A stretch of DNA of 64,000 nt from an uncultured Candidatus Rokubacteria bacterium. Lineage in GTDB: Bacteria; Methylomirabilota; Methylomirabilia; Rokubacteriales; CSP1-6. The stretch spans positions 832,001 through 896,000 of the forward strand of contig CAVWWD010000003.1 of assembly GCA_963758635.1 (NCBI GenBank), written 5' to 3'. The first letter of the stretch is position 1, and each line of letters opens with the position of its first letter. The notes beneath the pieces were generated by a model. It was given only the letters and a program-made list of their open reading frames with translations. It made no database searches and was not told the DNA's origin. A program made the position numbers and the translations under genes. Shown here one piece after another: positions 38,128 to 49,052 of this stretch.

Positions 38128-39903
38128 CTAGTGGACGGCTCTCGCATCCCGATGCGCTGGCGCCTTGGCGCACGCCGCCCCCGGCGTGGTCCACCTCGAT
38201 CCCGCCACCGACGCAGCCGCGTGGTCCGCGCTGGCGGGCGGAGATGGGCGCTGGCGTTCGTATCGAGCGGCGTACGATCTCAGGTATCCGGCAGGTCGAT
38301 CGACGCCGTCCATCGGGACCACCATTCGAGGCCATGCGCGTGACGAACAGGCTTCGATCCGCGGCGCCGGGAACGACCCACCCGTTCGTGGACAGCGCCT
38401 GGAGAAGCGCGCGGGGCCGGTCGAACAGGTCCACCGAGAGCGGCACCCCGTGGCCATCGGGGCCGGTCAGGTGGATCCCGACGTGAGCCATCCGTGCCTG
38501 GGGCGCGTACTGTGGCGACCACTTGCGCCATTCGAGCCGGCAGGTCCTCCGATGTGTCCTCCTCGATCGGATCGGCTCCTTCGCCCGGGCTCGGACGCAG
38601 CGACTCCATCCAGTCCATGATGATCTCGCGCTCGGCCGGCGTGAAGACCTTGTACATCGGGCCGTTCTCGAAGGCCAGCAGCTCGAGGAACCGGCTCCGT
38701 CGCGGGTGCTCCACGTCGACGTACCCGCCCTCCACGAGCGCCTCCATGAGCCGGGGCGGATCGCCGAAGAGCTCCGACAGCGGCGCGCCTGCGACGGCTC
38801 GTCCGCCGTGCACCTGCTTCGCGACGGGCGCCTTGCGCTGTATGAGCGCGGCCATCCGTTGTCCGTGGTACCGCTGCAGGTCAGGCCACAGGGTCCGCTG
38901 GCCGGGTGTCGCGCTGACGTTGATCGTCTTGTGATCGATGGCGAAGAGGCGTTCCGCCAGCTCCCCGCCGAGGCCGCCGATCGTGGCCCACGTGACGTAC
39001 CCTCGCCAGATCCGCCGCCACGATGCCTGAACGAGGCGCTCGCCGCCTTCCTCCCGCTTCTGCTTGAGATAGAGCTTGACCGCCTCCTTGGCGAGGGCGC
39101 CGTGGCCGCCGACGGTGTTGTCGACGGCCACGTGGATCCGATAGAAGTGCGGGTTGATGTGGCGGGCGGCCAGCATGCGCACCATGGGGGCCAGGGTCGG
39201 CGTCGATTCCCATTCGAGAAAGAGCGTCATGCCGAGCAGCTCGGGGAAGAACTCGCCGGGGAACAGGCCGGTGCTGAGCTGGAACACCGCGCCCCGGAAG
39301 GCGCCGGGGAGAAACGGATACTCGGCGAACTCGGGGGAACGTCATCGGGGGCAGGTGGACGTTGACGCTCTTCAGCAGCGCGTCGTAGAGGCTCGCGTGG
39401 TTCTGGGCGGCCTCGCCGTTACCCGCCTCGTCGTTCCAGATCGTGAACAGGTTCGCTTGCACCTGGTCGGCTGGCCCGACGGTGACGATGTGCTGCAGCC
39501 ATGCCCCGTCGACGAGGTTCAACGGGGCGAGCTGGCGAAGGCGCTCGACGACGGCGCGATCGGAGAAGCGACCCACGGAGTACGTGCGCTCTTCGCCCGA
39601 TTCGTCAGGCCACACGAAGATGCCCGTATCCAGCCAGTGCGGCGTGTACATGATGGAGGCGACGTACCCGTCGTAGATCTGCTCGAGCCGCTCGTCGAAG
39701 CGCGCCTCCGTGTACTCGAACTCGTGGTAGAGGGGGCCCGCCTGGAAGTTCGCCCCCTCCAGGTAGTCCTTCGCGAGGTTGCGGGCCACGGGCAAGAACT
39801 CGGGATGGCGTTCGATGTTCACGAGCTTGTGGAAGTACTCCGGCTCCTTGGATGGCTCGAGCGTGACGGGCCGGACCGCGGCGGAAGCGACATGGTCGGT
39901 CAT
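38128..39903 (-). CDS. Iron-containing redox enzyme (heme-oxygenase-like fold), with multiple indels
   Basis: [46 protein letters not shown]...GH; two similar C-terminal modules. Confidence 0.7.
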
Positions 39904-40072
39904 GAAGGCCTCACCAAAGAGCAAGGGCCGCGCCAGGGCTTTGGACCCACCGAGCCAACGAATCCAGTCACTGGTACGGTCCAGAAGACCACGGATGGGT
40001 GTGTTCGTAACTTCCTACCGGGTAAGGTTCGCCATCTCTGTCCGATCGGGGTCGGAATCGCTAGTATTTTCG

Positions 40073-40088
40073 CGGCACGGGTCGTGCT
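40073..40088 (+). promoter_or_regulatory. Possible sigma54 promoter CGGCACG-N4-GTGCT
   Basis: GG and GC at the exact -24/-12 spacing upstream of the catalase gene. Confidence 0.4.
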
Positions 40089-40166
40089 TGAAGCGGGGGC
40101 CGAGCATATGGGACGGACGCCATGTGCAATCCACCAACGTGCGGACGGGTACGGAGGTAGAGAGTT

Positions 40167-42614
40167 ATGCCGCGCCGAAAGAGCACACCGCCCCGAAGGA
40201 GCACACCGAAGAAGACGCCCGGGACGAGTCCTGCCACGACGGTTGCCAGGACCACCGCACGGCCCACGGTGAGCGGGCCGAAGAGCGGCGTCGATGCGAT
40301 CACCGACGCGGCCACCGCGAAGATGGCGGGAACGGAGGCCGTCGCCGCCGCCTTTCCGTTCAACGCGGCAAAGCCGTCGGAATTCGGGGCGGGGGCCCAC
40401 CGGCCAGGGGCCAGACCGTCGAGCCGCCGCATCCCAGTGTGGCGGGGAGCACGCTCACCGAGATCAACGCCTCGGACAAGGTCGGCAGCGGCAATCCGCC
40501 CGCGAGCTTCAACCCGGGCAATGCGTCGCTCGATCGCGTCCGCGTCGATTCGGGCGGACGCGCGCTGACGACCAACCAGGGCGTGCCGGTCGCCGACAAC
40601 CAGAACTCGCTCAAGGCCGGTCTGCGCGGGCCCGCCCTGCTGGAGGATTTCATTCTCCGCGAGAAGATCACGCACTTCGACCATGAGCGCATCCCCGAAC
40701 GCATCGTCCACGCGCGCGGCTCGGGCGCGCACGGCTACTTCGAATGCTACGAGCCGCTGACGCGACCTCACGCGCGCGTCCATCTTCGCCGAAGCCGGCA
40801 AGCGCACGCCGGTGTTCGTGCGCTTCTCGACGGTCGCCGGCGAGCGCGGCTCGACCGACACCGCGCGCGACGTGCGCGGCTTCGCCGTCAAGTTCTACAC
40901 CGACGAAGGCAACTGGGATCTCGTCGGCAACAACATCCCGGTGTTCTTCATCCAGGACGCGATGAAGTTCCCGGACGTCATCCACGCGGTCAAGCCCGAG
41001 CCGCACCACGGCATGCCGCAGGCGGCCTCCGCGCACGACACGTTCTGGGATTTCGTCTCGCTCATGCCGGAGACCACCCACATGCTGATGTGGGTGATGT
41101 CGGACCGCGCGATCCCGCGCAGCTACCGGATGATGCAGGGCTTCGGCGTCCACACATTCCGCTTCGTGAACGCGGCCGGCGAGTCGCGTTCGTCAAGTTC
41201 CACTGGAACCCGATCGCGGGCACGCATTCGCTGGCGTGGGACGAGGCGGTCAAGATCTCCGGCGCCGATCCGGACTTCCACCGCCGCGACCTGTGGGAAG
41301 CGATCGAGGCCGGCGCCTATCCCGAGTGGGAGCTCGGCATCCAGGTGTTCACCGAGCGAGGAGGCCGAGCGGTTCACCTTCGACGTGCTCGACGCGACCA
41401 AGCTCATTCCGGAAGAGCTGGTGCCGCTGACGCCGATCGGCCGCATGGTGCTAAATCGCAACCCCGACAATTTCTTCGCCGAGACCGAGCAGGTCGCATT
41501 CTGCACCGCGCACATCGTGCCGGGGCTCGACTTCAGCAACGATCCGCTGCTCGCCGGCCGCATCCACTCGTACGTCGACACGCAGATCTCGCGGCTGGGC
41601 GGGCCGAATTTCCACGAGATCCCGATCAACGCGCCGGTCGCGCAGGTCCACAACAACCAGCGCGACGGCATGCATCGGCAGGCGATCCCCCGCGGCCGCG
41701 TCGCCTACGAGCCGAATTCGCTCGGCGGCGGCTGTCCGTTCCAGGCCGGCGCGCAGGGCTTCATGTCGTTCCCGCAGCCGATGGAAGAGCACAAGGTGCG
41801 CGGCAAGCCGGAGAAATTCGCCGAGCACTACAACCAGGCGACGCTCTTCTGGAACAGCCAGACGCGACGATCGAGAAGCAGCACATCATCCGCGCGTTCC
41901 GCTTCGAGCTCACCAAGGTGCAGACGCCGCGGTCCGCGAGCGCGTCGTGGCGCAGCTGCGCAACGTCGCCGAAGAACTGGCGACAAGCGGTGGCCGACGG
42001 CCTCGGCATGACCGAGCTGCCGGATCCGCTGCCGAAGGTGCTCGCAGCGCGCCCCGAAGCCGGAAGTCGCAGACGTCGCGCGGCGCTGTCGCTGTTTGCC
42101 CGGCCCGGGCACGGACGGCATCAAGACCCGGCGCGATCGCGATCCTGGTCGCCGACGGGTCGATGGCGCGGCGGCCGCTGCGCATGCACGAGGCGCTGGC
42201 GCGCAGGGCGCGGTGCCGCGCTTCGTCGGCGTCAAGCTCGGCCGCGTGCAGCCAGCGCGAGCGGCGAGCTCGATCGAAGTCGAGGTGTCGATGGAAGCCG
42301 CACCGCGCGGTGGTGTGGGACGCGATGATCGTGCCGCGACGGCGAGCGCGCGAGCAGACGCTGGGCGCGAGCGGCCACGCGCTCGAATTCCTGAAGGACC
42401 AGTATCGGCATTGCAAGCCGATCCTGCTCATGGGCTCGGCATCGGCGCTGCTCGATGCGGCCGGACATTCCGCCGGCGCTCCCCTCGGGACGAAGCGGAT
42501 CCCGGACTGCTCCAGTTCGGTGCGCGATAGAGCCGCGGCCGCCTGCCGGCCTTCATCGAGGCGCTCGCCAAGCATCGACATTTCGAGCGCGAAACGGATC
42601 CGCCACGGGTGTGA
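40167..42614 (+). CDS. katE: Large-subunit catalase (HPII type), with many indels
   Basis: [40 protein letters not shown]-terminal DJ-1-like domain; HRHFERE. Confidence 0.9.
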
Positions 42615-42661
42615 TCGGGGGGAGTCAGGCGGACGCGCGAGATGCCGTGTTGGAGCCCGGA

Positions 42662-43099
42662 TCAGGGCCGCTTCGGCCCATCGGGCGCGATCGCCTCGCC
42701 GGCGTCGGCGGGCGTGCCCGGCCGACCGAACTCGAAGGCGAAACCGAAGCCGAACCAGCCGGCGCTATCGGGCTGGGTGGCGCCGCGCGAGCCCACGTCA
42801 GTGTTCGGTGACGTCCAGCCCGCGATGCCGGCGCGGCCGGCGGCCGTCTCGCCGGACAAGGGCGCGATGAACGCGGGCGCGTGTCGCACCCGGGGCGTCT
42901 CGCGATAGCGATCGGCGTCGCTCGGCCGCGACACGTCCTTCGGCTCCACTTCCGGTGCGATCACGAATGGCCGGGGTGGACGCTCGGAGGGCGGAGCTTT
43001 GAGCTCATCTCGGGCCCACGCGCCGGCCGCGAGCCCGAGCACCGCTGCGAGCGCGACAGCGCTTACGACAAGACTCTTGATACCGCGTCTGGTATTCAT
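42662..43099 (-). CDS. Hypothetical secreted protein
   Basis: Signal peptide ending AWA; GAGG RBS; WFGFGFAFEFG near the C-terminus. Confidence 0.6.
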   Translation of the reverse strand: MNTRRGIKSLVVSAVALAAVLGLAAGAWARDELKAPPSERPPRPFVIAPEVEPKDVSRPSDADRYRETPRVRHAPAFIAPLSGETAAGRAGIAGWTSPNTDVGSRGATQPDSAGWFGFGFAFEFGRPGTPADAGEAIAPDGPKRP

Positions 43100-43429
43100 G
43101 GCATCTGAGACCTCGCCCTCCATTTGGAAGCAAGGAAGGCATAGCTTCTGGCCTCATTGCGCTGCATCGCGCGTGCCGAGGCTCCGCATCGGGGAAGCCC
43201 TATACAACGCAGGGATTTCGCGGATCGCCTCGCGCCGGCATCGGGGCCGGCGGGAAGTTCTTTACCGCCGGACCTACTCCCTCTTCCCCCCCTCCGGGAG
43301 TGTTTCAGCCTGTCAGGGCTTTTCCGCTCCTGAGGCGCTGATACGATGCGGGGACGAGCGCGATGGTGATCCAGGCGAGAAACCGGGGAGTCCTTGTGGC
43401 CAGGTCAGCGCGAGCCGGTCGGCGCTAGC

Positions 43430-44308
43430 GTGTCGCGCTTCGAGGATCTCGTCGAGCAGCTCTCGGCCGTTTCGCCCCGTGACTTTGCGAAGGAGCGGGC
43501 CGCGCTCGCGGCGCGTCTCGTCAAGGCTCGGCCAGCCCGCCGAGGCGGCGAGGGTCAAGTTGCTGCGCGCGCCGGCCGTTCCCGTGTGGGCGGCCAACCG
43601 ACTCGTCCGTGAGCATCCGGAGCTTGCCCAGCGGCTGGTCTCGGCGGCCGAGCGTGTCCGCGCCGCGCAGCTCGGGCGCGACACGACGATCCAGCTCGCC
43701 TCGGCGATGGGCGGCTATCGCGCCGCCGTCGACGCCCTCCTCCAGCGGCTGGACGCGCTGCTCGGCGCCACGGGCGCGAAGGTGTCGCCTCCCGTGCGCC
43801 TCAGGGTCAGGAACACGCTGATGGCGGCGGCCGCCGACCCGAAGTTCCGGTCGGCTCTCCTGCACGGCGACCTGAAGGAGGAGCTCACCGCTCCCGGGTT
43901 CGACCTTTTTCAGGGCGCGGCCGGGCGGAGCGACCCGAAAGTGGGGCACGGCGCGCGGCCGCGGCGGAGCGCCCCGGACGCAGGGCACGGAGCGCCGAGG
44001 CGACGGAGCGTCGCGAAGAGCGCCCGGAAGCGCCGCCCCGGCCGCCGGCGCGCGAGCGGCAGGCGGCGGCGCGCGAGGAGCGGGCGCGCCGGCGGATCGA
44101 GGCGCGCGCCGCCGCCGAGCGCGAGCGCGAAGCGCGCGCAGAGCGCCTCCGGCCGCTGCGGGAGGCGGCGGCGACGGCCGCGGAGGAGCTCGCCCGGGCC
44201 AGGGACGAGGCGCGCCGCGCCGTGGCCGCCGTCGCCGCCGCCGCGCGCCGGAAGCGGGAGGCGGACGAGGCTCTCCGCAATGCCCGCGGCCGTCGATCGA
44301 AGGGGTGA
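43430..44308 (+). CDS. Hypothetical helical/coiled-coil protein (indels)
   Basis: PRDFAKERAALAARL..AARVKLLRAP..VWAANRL; GDLKEELTAPGF; Ala/Arg/Glu-rich tail. Confidence 0.6.
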
Positions 44309-44363
44309 CGGCGGCCACCGAGCGTCCTCCCGGCGGCCGCGAGTCTGCTAGAGTCCGACGACG

Positions 44364-45480
44364 ATGTTCCCTTCGGGCCCGCTCCGGTCCGTCATGAAGA
44401 AGGTGGCGTCCCGCCTGCCGTACGTCGGCCGGCTCATGGCCGAGCGCACGATCATCGCCGGCGAGCGCGATCGGATCGACGAGGAGCGCGTGGCGGTGGC
44501 GCGGGATCGCGACCGCATCGCGGCGGAGCGCGACGGGCTCGCGAGCGAGCGCGACCGCCTCCTCGCCGGGCGCGATGAGCTCCTCGCCGACAACGCCGCG
44601 CTCAGGATCCAGGTGGGCGCGGTCGAATCGGAGCGGGACCGCTACAAGGCGTGGATGCCTCCCGGGCACTACTACTCGCCCGTGCCGTCGCTCGACGAGG
44701 TCCGCGCCCGCGAGGCCCAGATCTTCGGCCCGCCGCCCGCGACCCTGCCGGGCGTGGACCTGAACGAGGAGGAACAGTGGGCGCTCCTCGACACGCTCGC
44801 CCCGTACATCCGGGAACAGCCGTTCGGAACGCGGCGTCGCGCCGGGCAGCGCTACTGCTTCGACAACCTCTACTACTCCCACTACGACGCCGTCTTCCTC
44901 TACGCCATGATCCGCCACCTGCGGCCGCGGCGGATCGTCGAGATCGGGTCCGGCCATTCCTCGTGCGTCATCCTCGACACCAACGACCTGCACTTCGCGG
45001 GCGCCATCGCCTGCACCTTCGTCGAGCCCCATCCCGAGGCGCTCCTCGCGCTCATCCGCGAGACGGATCGCGAGCGGGTGGAGATCGTCGCCCGCCCGCT
45101 CCAGGACGTGGACGCCGCGCGCTTCGAGGCGCTCGAGGCGAACAACGTCCTGATCGTCGATTCCACCCACGTGTCGAAGACGGGGAGCGACGTGAACCGG
45201 CTCCTCTTCAACGTCCTCCCGCGACTCCACGCCGGGGTCCGCGTGCACGTCCACGAACGTCTTCTTTCCCTTCGAGTACCCGCGCGCGTGGGTGCTCGAG
45301 GGGCGCGCCTGGAACGAGGCGTACCTGATGCGGGCGTTCCTGCAATACAACGCGGCGTTCCGCATCGAGCTCTTCAACACCTTCCTCGACGCCACGGACC
45401 GGGAGCGGTTCCTCGCCGCGGCGCCGCTCTGCGTCGAGACGAGCTATCCGGGAGGAAGCATCTGGCTTCGTAAGGCGTAG
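44364..45480 (+). CDS. Class I SAM-dependent methyltransferase with an N-terminal coiled coil (indel near 45260)
   Basis: PGHYYSPVP; RRIVEIGSGHSS; IVDSTHVSKTGSDVN; WNEAYLMRAFL. Confidence 0.85.
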
Positions 45481-45624
45481 GAGCGGGCGTCTCCGGCGGG
45501 CGAGCGCGCGCGGTACAGGCGCATCCGGCTCGCGTGGCAGCGGGGCGCTGGCGTGTGACGGCGGCCGCGCGCCGGTGGTACCATCCGGACGGCGGCCAGC
45601 CCACTGACGAGAGGAGCGATCCCC

Positions 45625-46803
45625 ATGGACCTCAACTACTCCGCCCAGGAGACCGCGTTCCGCGACAACGTCCGCTCGTGGCTGTCCGCGAACCTGCCCA
45701 CCGACCTCCGCGACAAGGTGACCAACTACCAGGAGCTGACCAAGGACGACCTCCTGCGCTGGCACAAGATCCTCGCGAAGAAGGGCTGGATCGCTCCGGA
45801 GTGGCCGGAGGAGTGGGGCGGCACGGGCTGGAACGTGGTGCAGCGCTACATCTTCGAGGAGGAGTGCGGCTACGCGGGCTGCCCGCCGCTGGTCGCCTTC
45901 GGCCTCCGGATGTGCGCGCCGGTGCTGTTCCGGTTCGGCAGCGACGCCCAGAAGAAGCAGTACCTGCCGCGGATCTACCAGGGCGAGGACTTCTGGTGCC
46001 AGGGCTACTCGGAGCCGGGCTCGGGCTCGGACCTGGCCTCGCTCAAGACGCGCGCGGTGCGCCAGGGCGATCACTACGTGGTCACCGGCCAGAAGATCTG
46101 GACGACCATGGCGCATCACGCCGACTGGATCTTCTGCCTGGTGCGGACGGACGCGAGCCAGGCCAAGCGCCAGGAGGGCATCTCGTTCCTCCTGATCGAC
46201 ATGCGGACGCCCGGCATCACGGTGCGGCCGATCATCCTGATGGACGGCGGCCACGACGTGAACGAGGTGTTCTTCGACGAGGTGAGAGTGCCCGTCGAGA
46301 ACCTGGTCCACGAGGAGGGGAAGGGCTGGACGGTGGCCAAGCACCTCCTCGGCTACGAGCGCATGGGCAGCGGCCGGATCGGCGCGTCCAAGCGCGAGCT
46401 GGCCACGCTCAAGACGCTGGCGGCGAGCCAGACGAAGGACGGCAAGCCCCTGATCGAGGATCCGCGATTCCGCGACCGCCTCACGCGCGTGGAGGTGGAG
46501 CTGATGGCGCTGGAGATCACCAACCTCCGGTTCCTGGACCAGCTCCGCGGCGGCCGGCCGCCGGGCGCCGAGGTGTCCTTGCTCAAGATCAAGGGCACGG
46601 AGATCCAGCAGTCCCTCACCGAGCTGATGATGCAGACCGCGGGGCCCTTCGCCCAGGCCTTCCGGCCGGTGGACAGCATGGACTTCGACTACTTCACCTC
46701 GCGGCTCGCCGCGCGCTACTGCAACATGCGCAAGACCACGATCTACGCGGGCTCGAACGAGATCCAGCGCAACATCATCTCCAAGATGACGCTCGGCCTG
46801 TGA
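45625..46803 (+). CDS. Acyl-CoA dehydrogenase (PimC-like large subunit)
   Basis: WCQGYSEPGSGSDLASL; GQKIWTT; NEVFFDEV; TIYAGSNEIQRNII. Confidence 0.9.
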   Translation: MDLNYSAQETAFRDNVRSWLSANLPTDLRDKVTNYQELTKDDLLRWHKILAKKGWIAPEWPEEWGGTGWNVVQRYIFEEECGYAGCPPLVAFGLRMCAPVLFRFGSDAQKKQYLPRIYQGEDFWCQGYSEPGSGSDLASLKTRAVRQGDHYVVTGQKIWTTMAHHADWIFCLVRTDASQAKRQEGISFLLIDMRTPGITVRPIILMDGGHDVNEVFFDEVRVPVENLVHEEGKGWTVAKHLLGYERMGSGRIGASKRELATLKTLAASQTKDGKPLIEDPRFRDRLTRVEVELMALEITNLRFLDQLRGGRPPGAEVSLLKIKGTEIQQSLTELMMQTAGPFAQAFRPVDSMDFDYFTSRLAARYCNMRKTTIYAGSNEIQRNIISKMTLGL

Positions 46804-46813
46804 CGGGCGCGCC

Positions 46814-47950
46814 ATGAACTTCGAGCTCTCCGACGAGCAGCAGCTCCTCGCCGACAGCCTCAAGCGCTTTCTCGCCAACGACTACACGTTCGACGCGCGG
46901 GCGAAGATCGTCGCCTCTCCCAAGGGCTGGAGCCCGGAGATGTGGGGGAAGCTCGCCGAGCTGGGCCTGGCCGGCCTGCCGTTCTCTCGCGACCACGGTG
47001 GCTTCGGCGGCGGCGCGGGCGACGTGATGGTCGTGATGGAGGCGATCGGCGAGGGGCTCCTCGTCGAGCCGTACCTGGCCACCGTGGGCCTGGGCGGGCA
47101 GTTCGTGGCGCGAGGCGGCTCCGCGGCCCAGCAGAAGAAGCTCTTGCCGCTGGTGGCGGAGGGCCGCTGCCGCATGGCCTTCGCCCACCTCGAGCGCGGG
47201 GCGCGCTACGACCTCGCCCACGTGGGCCTGCGGGCCCGGCGCGAGGGCGACGGCTTCGTCCTGGACGGCACCAAGCACGCCGTCCTCCACGGCGGCGCCG
47301 CGGACGTGCTGGTGGTCTCGGCGCGCACCGCGGGAGCGGACACCGACGCCCAGGGGCTCAGCCTGCTGCTGGTCGAGCGCGAGTCGCCGGGCGTCACGGT
47401 CAAGGAGTTCCGCACCATCGACGAGCTGCGCGCCGCCGACATCACCTTTGCCGGCGTGCGGGTGTCGCGCGACGCGCTGGTCGGTCTCGAGGGCGCGGGG
47501 CTGCCCCTGGTGGAGGAGGTGGTCGACTACGCCACCGCGCTCCTGTGCGCGGAGGCGGTGGGCTGCATCCGCTACGCGAATGACACCACGCTCGAGTACC
47601 TGAAGACGCGGCGGCAGTTCGGCGTGCCGATCGGCAGCTTCCAGGCCCTGCAGCACCGCATGGTGGACATGGTGATCACCTACGAGCAGGCGCGCTCGAT
47701 GGCCTACCTCGCCTGCGTCAAGGTCGACACCGCGGGCGCGGCGGAGCGCCGGCGCGTGGTCTCCGCGGCGAAGGTGAAGCTCGCCGACGCCTGCCGCCAC
47801 ATCAGCCAGGAGTCCGTCCAGCTCCACGGCGGCATGGGGATGACCGACGAGCTCAAGGTGAGCCACACGTTCCGCCGGCTGACCATGATCGGCCAGACCT
47901 TCGGCGACGCCGACCACCACCTCGAGCGCTTCGCCGGCGCCGGCGTGTGA
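46814..47950 (+). CDS. Acyl-CoA dehydrogenase (PimD-like small subunit)
   Basis: RRQFGVPIGSFQALQHRMVDM; VQLHGGMGMTDE; FGDADHHL. Confidence 0.9.
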   Translation: MNFELSDEQQLLADSLKRFLANDYTFDARAKIVASPKGWSPEMWGKLAELGLAGLPFSRDHGGFGGGAGDVMVVMEAIGEGLLVEPYLATVGLGGQFVARGGSAAQQKKLLPLVAEGRCRMAFAHLERGARYDLAHVGLRARREGDGFVLDGTKHAVLHGGAADVLVVSARTAGADTDAQGLSLLLVERESPGVTVKEFRTIDELRAADITFAGVRVSRDALVGLEGAGLPLVEEVVDYATALLCAEAVGCIRYANDTTLEYLKTRRQFGVPIGSFQALQHRMVDMVITYEQARSMAYLACVKVDTAGAAERRRVVSAAKVKLADACRHISQESVQLHGGMGMTDELKVSHTFRRLTMIGQTFGDADHHLERFAGAGV

Positions 47951-47952
47951 CG

Positions 47953-48402
47953 ATGCTCGGCCGCCGCGCCTTCCTCGCCGGCGCCATCGCCGCCGCGCTC
48001 GCCGCGGCTCTGCCGGCGCGCGCGACGGACAAGCCCACGGTGACCGTCTACAAGTCGCCCACCTGAGGCTGCTGCACGGCGTGGGTGGGCCACCTGCGCA
48101 CGAACGGCTATCCGGTGAAGGCGATCGACACCGACGACCTCCCGCCCGTCAAGCGCAAGCACGGCGTGCCCGCGACGATCGAGGGGTGCCACACCGCGCT
48201 GGTCGAGGGCTACGTGATCGAGGGCCACGTGCCCGCCGACCTGATCGACCGGCTGCTGCGCGAGCGGCCGAAGGTGGCCGGCCTCGCGGTCGCGGGGATG
48301 CCCGCGGGCTCGCCGGGCATGGAGACGTCGGGCAAGCCGGAGCCGTACAAGGTCTGGAGCTTCGACCGGGCCGGCAAGACCGCCGTCTACGCGACGCGGT
48401 AG
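47953..48402 (+). CDS. DUF411/CopG-type metal-binding protein with in-frame UGA (probable selenocysteine) at codon 38
   Basis: MLGRRAFL Tat signal..VYKSPT-TGA-GCCTAWVGHL..CHTA..IEGHVPA..GMPAGSPGME in one frame; TGA at 48064-48066. Confidence 0.85.
48079..48099 (+). promoter_or_regulatory. SECIS-like hairpin
   Basis: GCGUGGGUG-GGC-CACCUGCGC, a 9-bp stem starting 12 nt after the UGA, with a G-first apical loop. Confidence 0.6.
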
Positions 48403-49052
48403 GGGGGGCCGGCACGCCGCATCTGCGTGCCCGCCGAGTCTGCTGCCGGGGTGATCGAAGATGCCTCGGTGCCGTAGGTGAGACGCTCGATCCCTCAGCC
48501 ACCCCTGCCGCGCGAGCCGCTAGGCCCAGCTCACAGGACTCAATGCAGCCTCGGAAGGCTCGAAGTCCACATTGCGCATACGAGGTCTTCGGGTGTCCGA
48601 CCAGCGACACGGATACTTTCCTGACGAGCCGTCCCGGTGTCAGGGATCGGCGTTTCGACCGGTCTCGTAGACAACCTCGCCCTTCTGCTCGAGATCCCAG
48701 AGGTGGTGTGCCAACAGCTCTGCGACCTCTCTCGTATCAGCGTCGAGTGCCAGGAGGGCTGGGGTATGGAGCTGCGTATGAACACCCCAACTCCGTCGCC
48801 GTGTCGAGGATGATCGCGTCCATGTACGTGAGGTCAGTGTATCCAGCGACTCACCCACCGCCCCTGAAAGCAGCAGAAGTGGTCCCGGGTGCCACCGGCA
48901 TCCCTGATGATCATCCTTCCTCGCGCCACCGATCTCTGAGGGGGCTTCCGATGGGGCTCGCCCACGTACCGGAACGCATCCAGGGATTCGTCTTGCACAT
49001 CAACGATCGACAGCGCGGCCGCTGGCCAACAGGATCGATTCCTTCCATACGA

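Noticed and set aside
48851..48853. Second in-frame UGA (GGG-TGA-VAGY) on the minus strand as selenocysteine
   Set aside because: There is no recognisable family, no Cys-equivalent context and no convincing hairpin, and the region looks decayed.
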